From positions 1 to 53,900 of the forward strand of contig JAGTQT010000005.1 of NCBI GenBank assembly GCA_018396615.1: 53,900 nt of DNA, in the 5' to 3' direction. Both the position numbers and the translations under genes were made by a program. The DNA comes from Candidatus Bathyarchaeota archaeon. GTDB taxonomy: Archaea > Thermoproteota > Bathyarchaeia > Bathyarchaeales > Bathycorpusculaceae. Position 1 is the first letter of the stretch. Every line of letters starts with the position of its first letter. The notes under the pieces are model-generated. The model saw nothing but the letters and a program-made list of their open reading frames with translations, ran no database searches and was not told the origin of the DNA. Positions 17,810-26,386 of the stretch are shown piece after piece.

Positions 17810-18571
17810 CTACTCTTTTGCGTGGGGCTTTATTGATGGAAATGCTTTGTAGCATGCTTCGAGGATTAGTGGTCCGAGCAGAAGGATGAATGGGATTTCT
17901 GTGGCGAAGGTCCAAATATAGATTACTGGCATAAATATGGCTGGTACTGGAGCCTTGAAGTAGGCTGTGGGTGAATAGAAAACTTGGCTGTATGCCCAAA
18001 CAGTTACTGCTATAATCACGCTTCCCACGCTTAAGCCAAGCACGGATCCTGCGCCGTAGTTTCTCCATTTGGGCCAAAATTTGGCAACTACAGTTATTGC
18101 GAGTAGGCTTACAACTGTGGTTAGAGCGAACAGAAGAACGATTTCCAGTGATGAGAGAGTGAAGCTGAAGTAGGCAGCTGACTCAGTTGGCAACAGTGCG
18201 GTAGGCAGCAGTAAACCAGTTATGATGGCTGCGGTTCCGAAGCCTGTGCTTAGCGCTATCTTTTTCCAGTCTAGGCTTGCTCTGGAGACATAGCCGATGA
18301 TGAAGAAGCCGGCAAAGTTGGCAGTGACTCCAGCGGACAAGCTCAAAAGAGGGTCTCCGTGGAAAAGCATATCCCTGATGAATATGCCTATTGCTGCTCC
18401 GATTCCTCCAGTCCAAGGTCCAAACAAGACGGCGAATACGGCGGGGATTACTGCGGCAGGCCAGAAGGCTACTCCGCCAACTGTGATTCCGAAGTCTGTA
18501 AGTCTTCCGACTACTGCGTATAGTGCTGCGCAGATGCCTATCATTGCGATTTGGATGGATTTTGTTGGCAC
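17810..18571 (-). CDS. ECF-transporter S-component-like membrane protein
   Basis: About 6-7 TM helices. The pattern IGICAALYAVVGRL...LFGPWTGGIGAAIGIFIRDML resembles vitamin-binding ECF S components. It is the first gene of the CoA operon. Confidence 0.5.
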   Translation of the reverse strand: MPTKSIQIAMIGICAALYAVVGRLTDFGITVGGVAFWPAAVIPAVFAVLFGPWTGGIGAAIGIFIRDMLFHGDPLLSLSAGVTANFAGFFIIGYVSRASLDWKKIALSTGFGTAAIITGLLLPTALLPTESAAYFSFTLSSLEIVLLFALTTVVSLLAITVVAKFWPKWRNYGAGSVLGLSVGSVIIAVTVWAYSQVFYSPTAYFKAPVPAIFMPVIYIWTFATEIPFILLLGPLILEACYKAFPSIKPHAKE

Positions 18572-18700
18572 TCGTTCTCCCTTCTTTGGTGTTTTGGGCT
18601 TTTAGATATGGTTTCTGTAGATAAGAATTTTGTATGAATTGTTTAAACTGGTCTAAACTTCTTGGGTGGGGTGTTGTTTCTGTCTTTTGTTGTTGTACAC

Positions 18701-18751
18701 ATGTGCAGTTATGTGTAGTTTTGTTCTACGCACAAACCATCTTATTTAAAA
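18701..18751 (+). promoter_or_regulatory. pilus-locus box copy A (ATGTGCAGTT ATGTGTAGTTTTGTTCTACGCACA) followed by a TATA-like TTATTTAAAA
   Basis: The imperfect dyad TGTGTAG-N7-CTACGCACA is preceded by a tandem 10-mer. The TATA-like element lies about 35-40 nt upstream of ATG 18785. Confidence 0.5.
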
Positions 18752-18784
18752 TTGGCTGATTCACGACCACGGAGAAAAAGGAAA

Positions 18785-19345
18785 ATGAACGTCCTAAAGA
18801 ACAAGAAAGCTTTGAGCGCTGTAGTTACTACGCTGATCATACTCGTCGTTTCAGTGCTGCTCGCAACTGTCGTGACTTTCTACGCCATCAACGTGACAAC
18901 CACAAGAGTTCAAGAAGAAAGCATTCAGGTCTACAAGCTGCATACATGGCACGATGGCTCAACCTATGCTGAGACAGCGTTCCTGATAATTAACACTGGC
19001 GGTCGTGACCTTGTCATCGACAAGATCGCAGTTAGAGGTCAGGAATGTGATTGGTCTACGGTCTTCTACAACAAGACATCATCTACGATAAATGACGATC
19101 TGCCATATGTTACGCCGACAAACGCCACATACCTAGATAGTTCAGTTACGATTGGAAGCACTGCTTATACTCTGACTCAGGGAAGCACAGATGACTTGAT
19201 CTTGCAGTCAGGCGACAGCATGATCGTCTACATACTTAACCCTGACCACATCTCTGTCAACGACATTGGTGTCACAGTAGGCGTAACAATATTCACTGCG
19301 AACGCTCAGTACTACAAGGAATCTAACGTGCAAGCTTCTTCGTAA
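18785..19345 (+). CDS. archaeal type IV pilin-like protein (class III signal peptide)
   Basis: The N-terminus MNVLKNKKA/LSAVVTTLIILVVSVLLATVV has the typical positively charged segment, a small residue at -1 and a hydrophobic helix. Several N-x-S/T sequons are present. I moved the start from TTG 18752 to ATG 18785, which follows GGAG. Confidence 0.7.
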   Translation: MNVLKNKKALSAVVTTLIILVVSVLLATVVTFYAINVTTTRVQEESIQVYKLHTWHDGSTYAETAFLIINTGGRDLVIDKIAVRGQECDWSTVFYNKTSSTINDDLPYVTPTNATYLDSSVTIGSTAYTLTQGSTDDLILQSGDSMIVYILNPDHISVNDIGVTVGVTIFTANAQYYKESNVQASS

Positions 19346-19406
19346 GCAGCGCAATAGCTCTCCTCTTTCTTTTTTCCTCTGTTTTTATGTTTTCTAACAT
19401 GATAAA

Positions 19407-19430
19407 GAAGCGGGAAAACTGCTAGACTGA
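19407..19430 (+). repeat. direct repeat R2 copy 1 (GAAGCGGGAAAACTGCTAGACTGA)
   Basis: The sequence recurs at 19590-19615 as GAAGCGAAAAACTGCTAGTATACTGA, in the same intergenic region. Confidence 0.5.
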
Positions 19431-19547
19431 AAGTTTTAAACCCCCTTTTATATAGGTAGCCAACGTAGCTTGCATTCGCTGTTGTTATGTAGCTGGGTTT
19501 TCTAGAAGGCGGAGGTTTGTTCATGCAAATATGTATTCTCGCTACTG

Positions 19548-19586
19548 ATGTGTAGTACTGTTCTACGCACACCCTCTTATCTTCTC
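19548..19586 (+). promoter_or_regulatory. pilus-locus box copy B (ATGTGTAGTACTGTTCTACGCACA...CTTAT)
   Basis: It matches copy A (18711-18734) at 22 of 24 positions. It lies about 55-90 nt upstream of the second pilin-like gene. Confidence 0.5.
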
Positions 19587-19589
19587 ATT

Positions 19590-19615
19590 GAAGCGAAAAA
19601 CTGCTAGTATACTGA
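19590..19615 (+). repeat. direct repeat R2 copy 2
   Basis: See 19407-19430. The 19-nt core carries two transitions. Confidence 0.5.
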
Positions 19616-19640
19616 TTAGAGAGGAGACCAGCCGAAAACA

Positions 19641-20480
19641 TTGTGTCCAAAGCAGCTAGAAGGGAAAGCCTCAACGCCAGTTCGCTTTAACAGAGCCTTG
19701 GCAATACCAGTCACCTACTTGATGCTGTTCGTGGCTTTGATAACCATAATATCGGCAACTTACAGCTTTGCCATAATCAAGATAAATGCTAAGGCAAACA
19801 CGTTGAAAGCCTCTCTTGCGAAGCAAAGCATGCAGCAGCTTGACGACGCATTACACGACGTCGCATGGAGCACGGGGGCTTCCAAAACAGTTTATTTCGA
19901 CGAGTATAGTGGTAGTTTTCAGACTTTCCCATCCGCAGAGAACCTGCAGATTACAATAGCTTTCACATCAGAGCCTTCCGAATTGGCGCTTAACGGATCA
20001 ATTGGAAAGGTGGCTTACAGGTTGCAAGCCTCCGAGTACAGCGATGTTGGGCTTTTCATTAAGGGAAATAGCAAGGCAATAGTAAACCAGAGCCTTTCTA
20101 TGGCAACACAGCTTTACGTCGAGGAAAACGGGGGCAATCAACAAGTAACGCTTTGCTACCGACCCTATGCTTTATCAGCACCTATTGGGTCAGAAAACGG
20201 TAAACCCTTGAATCTTGTGCGCATTTACCTCATAAACCTAAGCTTATCGCAAAGTCTCTTACTTGAAGGAGAATTCAACCTAAAAACAACATCAACAAAC
20301 GTTGAGATCACGACAAAACAGTATGAACTTAACCAAACAGTCACCTCGGTCGCGTTGACAGGCAAAATGGGCTCTTGCTCAGACACTGTTTGGCTACCGA
20401 TCTCAAGCAACTTGGATGGAGCATTTGTAGAGCTAGAGATTCTTGTTTGCAACATTTGTATAGAAAAAGCGGAGGCTTAG
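19641..20480 (+). CDS. pilin-like / pilus-associated protein with a class III signal-like N-terminus
   Basis: The N-terminus ...VRFNRA/LAIPVTYLMLFVALITIISATYSF resembles a class III signal peptide. The start is TTG and is uncertain. Confidence 0.55.
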   Translation: MCPKQLEGKASTPVRFNRALAIPVTYLMLFVALITIISATYSFAIIKINAKANTLKASLAKQSMQQLDDALHDVAWSTGASKTVYFDEYSGSFQTFPSAENLQITIAFTSEPSELALNGSIGKVAYRLQASEYSDVGLFIKGNSKAIVNQSLSMATQLYVEENGGNQQVTLCYRPYALSAPIGSENGKPLNLVRIYLINLSLSQSLLLEGEFNLKTTSTNVEITTKQYELNQTVTSVALTGKMGSCSDTVWLPISSNLDGAFVELEILVCNICIEKAEA

Positions 20481-20482
20481 CT

Positions 20483-20938
20483 GTGCCGTCAATATTGCCA
20501 GGGCATCTCTACACTTTCGCTGCACTTCTTGCCGTAAGTAGCCTCCTTGTCTTCTCATTCATGGTTTACGCGGGAACAGCCCGCACTTCGTCAGAAATAA
20601 GGCTACTAAACAAACTTCTAGATCATGTGGCGGCTGACGCAAGCGAACTTCTTAACATAGCTCTTACGGTGAACGCTACCATCGAACGTCAACTTCAGAT
20701 GCCTTCGGCAATAGGTAACCAGCAGTATTGGCTTAGACTTCGCAATGACTCTTCCAGTGCATGGCTGGAAGGCGGGCTTGGAGCCACGCCGATAGAAGGC
20801 TCAGAACTCAAAGCCTACCTTCCAAACGGAGCCTTTGTGTCTGGCAGCTATCTTTCGGGGCATGGATCAGCCAAACTGACATGCTTCCTAGATGACGGCA
20901 TCCTGAGAGTTCAACTTTCAAGCGCGAATGGAGATTGA
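20483..20938 (+). CDS. pilin-like protein
   Basis: I re-assigned the start to the in-frame GTG at 20483, which lies 7 nt after GGAGG. The N-terminus is VPSILPG/HLYTFAALLAVSSLLVFSFMVYA. The track ORF start at 20375 would overlap the previous gene. Confidence 0.5.
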   Translation: MPSILPGHLYTFAALLAVSSLLVFSFMVYAGTARTSSEIRLLNKLLDHVAADASELLNIALTVNATIERQLQMPSAIGNQQYWLRLRNDSSSAWLEGGLGATPIEGSELKAYLPNGAFVSGSYLSGHGSAKLTCFLDDGILRVQLSSANGD

Positions 20939-22539
20939 TGGAGTTGAAGATGAGCAATAAGTCTAAAGCAAAGGCGGAAACAAGCCTTGAAGAAGTAATC
21001 AAGAACGAGGAAGAAGCAGTTGATTCTCTCAATGTTAGAAGGTCGAGTATCCCTGAGGGATATGATGAGATCGAGTACTATCCGCTTATACCTCCTTTTG
21101 CGTACGCGGCAATTCTTCAAAACAGAGAAACACTGGAACACCTTTACGTGCTAGATGAACTGCCGCTCAGCAGAGAGGAGAGAATTGGCTACACCAGCTT
21201 AAGAAACATCTTAGAATACGAGCTACAAGCACCTGAAGGCGAAGAAACACTTGCTGAATCCTTCAGGAGACAATTACCCGCCATCATTAAAGATCACGAA
21301 AAAATCTTTATAGGAATCTCTCAGATTGGCATGCGCAAAATCCTCTACAACCTTGAAAGAGATATCGTTGGCTACGGAAAGATTGATCCGCTTCTGCATG
21401 ACGATAACGTGGAGGACATAAGCTGCGGCGGAGTAAACAAGCCCATCTTCCTTTGGCACAGAAAATACGAAAACATCAGAACCAATGTAGCTTTTCGCGA
21501 TGAGCAAGAACTAGACGACTTCGTAATGCGTGTTGTCCACAAGGCTGGAAAGCACGTAAGCATAGCCTTCCCAATAGTTGACGTAACTCTTCCTGAAAAG
21601 CATAGGCTGGCAGTCTCTTTCGGAAAAGAAACAACTCCTCTAGGCACATCGTTTACTGTGAGAAAGTTTCGAAGAGATCCCTTCACCATTGTTGACTTGA
21701 TTGAGAACGAGACAATAGACGAGTCGATAGCCGCGTACCTGTGGATGCTGATGGAGAATAAGATGTCTGTGATGATCATAGGGGCAACAGGCGCAGGTAA
21801 AACCACAGCGCTGAACGCTGTAGCTTGCCTTGTAAGACCCAACTACAAAATAATCTCAGTAGAAGAGGTAGCGGAAATCAACCTTCCGCATGAAAACTGG
21901 ACATCAACCATTGCCCGCTCAGGCTTCGGCGTCGAAGGAGAAGGCGAAATCTCCCTGTACGATCTGATCAAGTCAGCAGTACGACACCGCCCAGACTTAA
22001 TACTTGTAGGAGAAATTCGCGGTGAAGAGGCATACGTCCTCTTTCAAGCGCTGGCAACAGGTCACGGCGGTTTATGCACTTTACACGCTGAGGATGTTGA
22101 CACTGCCGTGAAGAGGCTCACGCAGCCGCCCATGAACATTCCAACATCAATAATTCCCCTGATGAACTGCGTCATCAACGTAAAACATGTAAGAACGCCT
22201 GTCTTCCTAGAGTCCGGAAAGAGGCTTTCAAGCAGAAAATTCATCAACGTCTCAGAAATAAAAGACGCCAGCAGCTTCCAACAAGTCTTCAGCTGGAACC
22301 CCTCAACCGACACTTTCCAAGAGAACATTGCAGACAGCTATCTGCTTAAGAGAATGGCTACAAGCTTGGACATTCCCATAGAGAAAATCATTGACGAACT
22401 CGAATATCGCAAGCGCGTTTTGCTTCATATGGTCGAGCATAGGATAAGGGACTACAAAAGCGTGAACAACGTGCTAAGCAAGTATTACAACAACCCGCAG
22501 CTGTTTCAAAGAGAGTTCCTTGAAAAATCTAAATGGTGA
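20935..22539 (+). CDS. type IV pilus / secretion NTPase (FlaI/PilB/VirB11 superfamily)
   Basis: Walker A is IIGATGAGKTT and Walker B region is PDLILVGEIRGEEA, with GHGGLCTLHA also present. The start overlaps the previous stop (ATGA). Confidence 0.9.
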   Translation: MMELKMSNKSKAKAETSLEEVIKNEEEAVDSLNVRRSSIPEGYDEIEYYPLIPPFAYAAILQNRETLEHLYVLDELPLSREERIGYTSLRNILEYELQAPEGEETLAESFRRQLPAIIKDHEKIFIGISQIGMRKILYNLERDIVGYGKIDPLLHDDNVEDISCGGVNKPIFLWHRKYENIRTNVAFRDEQELDDFVMRVVHKAGKHVSIAFPIVDVTLPEKHRLAVSFGKETTPLGTSFTVRKFRRDPFTIVDLIENETIDESIAAYLWMLMENKMSVMIIGATGAGKTTALNAVACLVRPNYKIISVEEVAEINLPHENWTSTIARSGFGVEGEGEISLYDLIKSAVRHRPDLILVGEIRGEEAYVLFQALATGHGGLCTLHAEDVDTAVKRLTQPPMNIPTSIIPLMNCVINVKHVRTPVFLESGKRLSSRKFINVSEIKDASSFQQVFSWNPSTDTFQENIADSYLLKRMATSLDIPIEKIIDELEYRKRVLLHMVEHRIRDYKSVNNVLSKYYNNPQLFQREFLEKSKW

Positions 22540-24052
22540 GACCTTGGAGACGCACATCAAGCCAAAATTCTTCAAGCAACTTCTAGGCTATCTGACAGGC
22601 GCAAGCTCAAGCGAAATCGACCGCGAACTGCCATTTGCAGCGCTGCTGTTTACACTGCTTGCGGCAAGCGGCGTGACAATCTACGAAAGCTGGAAGAAAC
22701 TATGCAGAATAAGTCTCCTTCCTAATTTTCAAAAGGAGGCTCGCGAAATCGTCCGGCAAGTCGAAGTCTTAGGCTACGATCCGCTTACCGTGATGTACAA
22801 GCGTTCTGAAAAGGTGAAATCGAAAAGCTACCGTGAATTCCTATTAGGCTACGTTTCCTCAGTAAGAAGCGGAGGAAACACTGTAAACTATCTTAAAAGC
22901 AAACTGCGCTCGATCTTTGACGTGCAAAGCGCCGCCGCCGTCCGCTCAATTGAAAGACTAGGAACCCTAGTAGAGGCTTACGCCGTAATGCTCATAGTCA
23001 CCCTTTGCTCCTACATACTTTTCATCGTCTTTTCCACAACCTCCATCTTTGAACCCATGAAAGCTTCAGGCACGCCCGGCATGTCTCCAGTTGTTACTAG
23101 CGTTCTCGTTTTCTTTGTAACGCCCATGATCTCCATCGTGTTTATGGCGGTAGCGAATGCAGAGCGAAAAAGCAACTTGATAAGTGTTAAGAAGCCCTAT
23201 CAGCTGGCATTGCCTTCAGCAGTAGCCGTTGGGCTATTTCTGGTACTACTTGCGTTTCCAACTCCCCTTCAGTTCTTGGCAGGTCCAGAGCTTTTTCCCC
23301 TCGTGGTCACGGTTTGCCTAGCAATAATCTCTTTTCCACCAATGCTTGCCTACGCAAAGATCGCTAAAATCAACTCAGATGCGGAGACAGCTATGCCCAG
23401 TTTTCTCAGAGACGTGACCGAAGCCAGAAAAACCGGTTTGTCTCCTGAAAAAAGCATAATCCACGCTGCAAAACGCACTGGCTACGGGCGGTTTACTGGT
23501 CTGCTTCACCTTATCCGAAGCCAAATGGAATGGGGGGTCTCCCTTAGAAAGATCTTCGAAAACTTGGGACAAAAAATCCGTTCATGGCCCGTTCTTGTGC
23601 ATTTTCTGATACTTTCGGAGACCATCAAAATCGGAGGCGGCGCAACCACCGCACTAGACATACTTACAGAGTACAGTGAAAAGCAGAGAGATGTTGACGC
23701 CAACAAGAAGTCACTTCTTCGCCCCTACGTCATTCTAGCCTTTGTCTGGAGCATTCTTATCGCGCTTACAACGACCATGGTTGCCATGACCGTCTTTGCC
23801 TTAACTCAGATATCCATGCCCGGCACCGTTCCTATGCCTATCAGGCTTATGCAGGATCAAATTAACATGTTCTCAGTAGGCATAATCTTCCAGTGTTGGC
23901 TTTCAGGATTCTTTGTCGGCAAGGTAAACGAGGGAACCTTCGCTGCAGGTTTCAAGTACTCCGTCATGCTCGTAATCACGGCGTATCTCTCACTTGTGCT
24001 ATCACGCGGACTAATAGGAGACCTATACGGTGTCACAGTGTTTCCGCAATAG
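22520..24052 (+). CDS. polytopic membrane platform protein (FlaJ/TadC/PilC-like)
   Basis: The 510-aa product has two repeated cytoplasmic-plus-TM modules. It lies immediately after the ATPase gene and overlaps it, which is the canonical arrangement. Confidence 0.75.
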   Translation: MKNLNGETLETHIKPKFFKQLLGYLTGASSSEIDRELPFAALLFTLLAASGVTIYESWKKLCRISLLPNFQKEAREIVRQVEVLGYDPLTVMYKRSEKVKSKSYREFLLGYVSSVRSGGNTVNYLKSKLRSIFDVQSAAAVRSIERLGTLVEAYAVMLIVTLCSYILFIVFSTTSIFEPMKASGTPGMSPVVTSVLVFFVTPMISIVFMAVANAERKSNLISVKKPYQLALPSAVAVGLFLVLLAFPTPLQFLAGPELFPLVVTVCLAIISFPPMLAYAKIAKINSDAETAMPSFLRDVTEARKTGLSPEKSIIHAAKRTGYGRFTGLLHLIRSQMEWGVSLRKIFENLGQKIRSWPVLVHFLILSETIKIGGGATTALDILTEYSEKQRDVDANKKSLLRPYVILAFVWSILIALTTTMVAMTVFALTQISMPGTVPMPIRLMQDQINMFSVGIIFQCWLSGFFVGKVNEGTFAAGFKYSVMLVITAYLSLVLSRGLIGDLYGVTVFPQ

Positions 24053-24078
24053 AGGCAAAAACAGGAAGTGCAAAAAAC

Positions 24079-25143
24079 ATGCCAGCCACATCGATTGACA
24101 CGTTTTTCGCCTGTTCCTTAATGGTGTTGCTTACAGTAGTTGCCATGGCAAGCACCTCAAAGGTGATCTACTCGTATATGGGTAGCCGCCAAGAGTTAAG
24201 CGAAGTTGAAAGACTCTACGCGCTATCCAAACGTCTCTTGCTAGACTGCGGAAACCCAGCAAACTGGGGTAAACATGGCGAAGAGGTTCCGGAAAAGTTT
24301 GGTCTAGCAGAAAGCAGTGTAGAAGCCGCGTACGCATTGGATATCGACAAAGTCTCTCGGCTAAACGATAGAAACCATTTTGAAATCACGTATGCGCAGG
24401 CATATTCAGCTCTAGGAATACCCGACCTTTCTTTCAAAATGGAGATACAACCAGTTTTTGGTGTCACTGTAAACCTAACAGCGAAATATGAAGAAGCAAA
24501 TGAAACAACATACACCTTCAAAATCTTAACCGAACGTGGAGGCGCATCTGTTTCCGCGGAACTAAAATGCTACGCAGTTTCAGAGAATCGCCTACAACAG
24601 AGCGATGTCCATGCTTCAAGCGGTCAAGTCTATGTCAACATAAGCATCCCGAACAGCGACGCTGGACCAGCCCTGCTCGTGGCTTTCGCAAGATCCCCCC
24701 ATGATTCCTGCATAGCGTCTTTCAGCGCATACCCTTTTCAACACGGGTCCGCAGAGCCAAAGACCAATGGAACCTATGCGAAGCTAAGCCCGCTAAACCA
24801 TAGCCTCACAGTATCCGTAAACCATCCTTTAACAAATGTTTCCAGAGCATACGCATTAACCTTTAACCATGTATCAACGCTCGCGCAGACAACAGCATCT
24901 AACCAGTCAGCAACCTACCCGATCCCCAGCTTAACAGAGCCAAGCCCCATATTGCTAGTCGCAGCAGGCTACAACTCTACAGACTTTTTTACCGAGTGGA
25001 CAGCCTACCCGCAGATTCCTATTCAGTTTGGCGTCAGCCCTGCAGGGCGCTCAAACACGTTTACTTGCCACTACATTGTGCGGATTAACGCAGTTATCTA
25101 CAGATGCACGATATGGATCGGAGGCTTAGCCGATGAAACGTGA
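24079..25143 (+). CDS. pilus-locus extracellular protein with an N-terminal TM anchor (354 aa)
   Basis: I use ATG 24079 (MPATSIDTFFACSLMVLLTVVAMA...). The track ORF start at 23893 overlaps the platform gene. The product has many N-x-S/T sequons. Confidence 0.5.
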   Translation: MPATSIDTFFACSLMVLLTVVAMASTSKVIYSYMGSRQELSEVERLYALSKRLLLDCGNPANWGKHGEEVPEKFGLAESSVEAAYALDIDKVSRLNDRNHFEITYAQAYSALGIPDLSFKMEIQPVFGVTVNLTAKYEEANETTYTFKILTERGGASVSAELKCYAVSENRLQQSDVHASSGQVYVNISIPNSDAGPALLVAFARSPHDSCIASFSAYPFQHGSAEPKTNGTYAKLSPLNHSLTVSVNHPLTNVSRAYALTFNHVSTLAQTTASNQSATYPIPSLTEPSPILLVAAGYNSTDFFTEWTAYPQIPIQFGVSPAGRSNTFTCHYIVRINAVIYRCTIWIGGLADET

Positions 25144-25558
25144 AAACGCAGGGCAGATCCGCATAATCGAAGCCCTCTTGGCTATGTCGGTTATTTTCTC
25201 GTCCTTAGCCATCTCAACAAATCTGGCAACCGTGCAGAACGACGCAGGTCAATGGGATCTCGGCTCCATGGGGTTCAAAGTTCTTATGTTGCTGGACTCG
25301 GATGGAGCGCTGTACACGCATATAGAAAGCGGAAACTGGACGGCTCTCCGTAAACTTCTGGCTATGACTTTGCCTGCTGAAATATTGTTTAACATGACGA
25401 TCTACGATGAGAGCATGCAGCAAGTCAACACGGAGCTTATCTGCAATGGCGATCTATCTGACAGCGAAACAGTCTGCATAGAGTATGTTGCTGCAAGCCC
25501 AAATCGAGTCTTCCGCGTTTACCTAATCCAGTTAATGCTGGCGGCGATCCATGAATAG
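25133..25558 (+). CDS. minor pilin-like protein
   Basis: The N-terminus is MKRENAG/QIRIIEALLAMSVIFSSLAI, a G/Q-type class III signal. The gene overlaps both neighbours. Confidence 0.5.
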   Translation: MKRENAGQIRIIEALLAMSVIFSSLAISTNLATVQNDAGQWDLGSMGFKVLMLLDSDGALYTHIESGNWTALRKLLAMTLPAEILFNMTIYDESMQQVNTELICNGDLSDSETVCIEYVAASPNRVFRVYLIQLMLAAIHE

Positions 25559-26312
25559 AAGAAACAGAATGCTCGCTTCCAACCACTCGGGGCAGATGCT
25601 CATCGTTGCCGCACTAGCTATAGCCATTCTAATCTCCACAACCGTGATGTACACCTACGAGCTAGCTAGAGAACACTACAGCCAAACAGACAGAGAAATC
25701 AGCGACTTCATTCAACAAGTAAAACAGGCAACACAAAACATGGTAACAAGTTCGCTTGCAAACGCTTCAAACAGCGCAGAAAGCACAGTTTTTCTCTCGA
25801 ACTCCGCAAAGCTTGCACAACTTATCAGAAGCCTACACCTTTACGAAGTGTCTAACTTGAGCCTCACACTGCGTAATGATTCCACTTATAATGAAGGCGT
25901 AAAACTCTCATGGACCGCGGAAGGGGTTGGAACCTCAAGCGCCTGCGTGGATGCAGTTTTGCATGTGAAAGGCTTCTCAACAGATGTGACTGCAACGTAC
26001 AGCGTTAACGTGACCACAACGATGATGATTGAAGGACACTACGTGGTTGAAGGCAGCGAGAAAAATGTTACCCTTAAATGCAGAACATATAATGAGAACA
26101 AGTCTTCATCTGTGGAAAATGTAACTCTTTACTATAATGACAGCGGCAACTGGGCTAAGGTGACTGATTATTCTACGGTCTCTTATGGAAACGGAACTTA
26201 TGTCTTTTCCTTTTTTGTCACTGTTGCGGCTGAAAACGTAGAGGTCTCAGCACATGTACTCGATTCTCGTGGCATTTACGTGCAAGCAAACATGACATGC
26301 TATGCCCAATAA
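25551..26312 (+). CDS. minor pilin-like protein
   Basis: The N-terminus is ...NHSG/QMLIVAALAIAILISTTVMY. The product has many glycosylation sequons. A T5 tract follows at 26325-26329. Confidence 0.5.
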   Translation: MNRRNRMLASNHSGQMLIVAALAIAILISTTVMYTYELAREHYSQTDREISDFIQQVKQATQNMVTSSLANASNSAESTVFLSNSAKLAQLIRSLHLYEVSNLSLTLRNDSTYNEGVKLSWTAEGVGTSSACVDAVLHVKGFSTDVTATYSVNVTTTMMIEGHYVVEGSEKNVTLKCRTYNENKSSSVENVTLYYNDSGNWAKVTDYSTVSYGNGTYVFSFFVTVAAENVEVSAHVLDSRGIYVQANMTCYAQ

Positions 26313-26386
26313 GCTTCAGAGGTCTTTTTCGAGGAACTTAAATAGAAAGCCTCTTACACTAAGGCTTGATGCCGAGTTGAGGCTTA

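Noticed and set aside
17781-18416. ORFs 17781..18077 (-) and 18183..18416 (-) nested in alternative frames of the ECF-S-like gene.
   Set aside because: They are out-of-frame overlaps with a longer ORF that has a consistent multi-TM profile, and their sequences are Arg/Ser/His-rich.
20375-20482. N-terminal extensions of track ORFs 20375..20938 and 23893..25143 that overlap the preceding genes by more than 100 nt.
   Set aside because: In-frame internal starts with better context give products that begin with the expected signal or TM segment and remove the long overlaps. These are GTG 20483, 7 nt after GGAGG, and ATG 24079.
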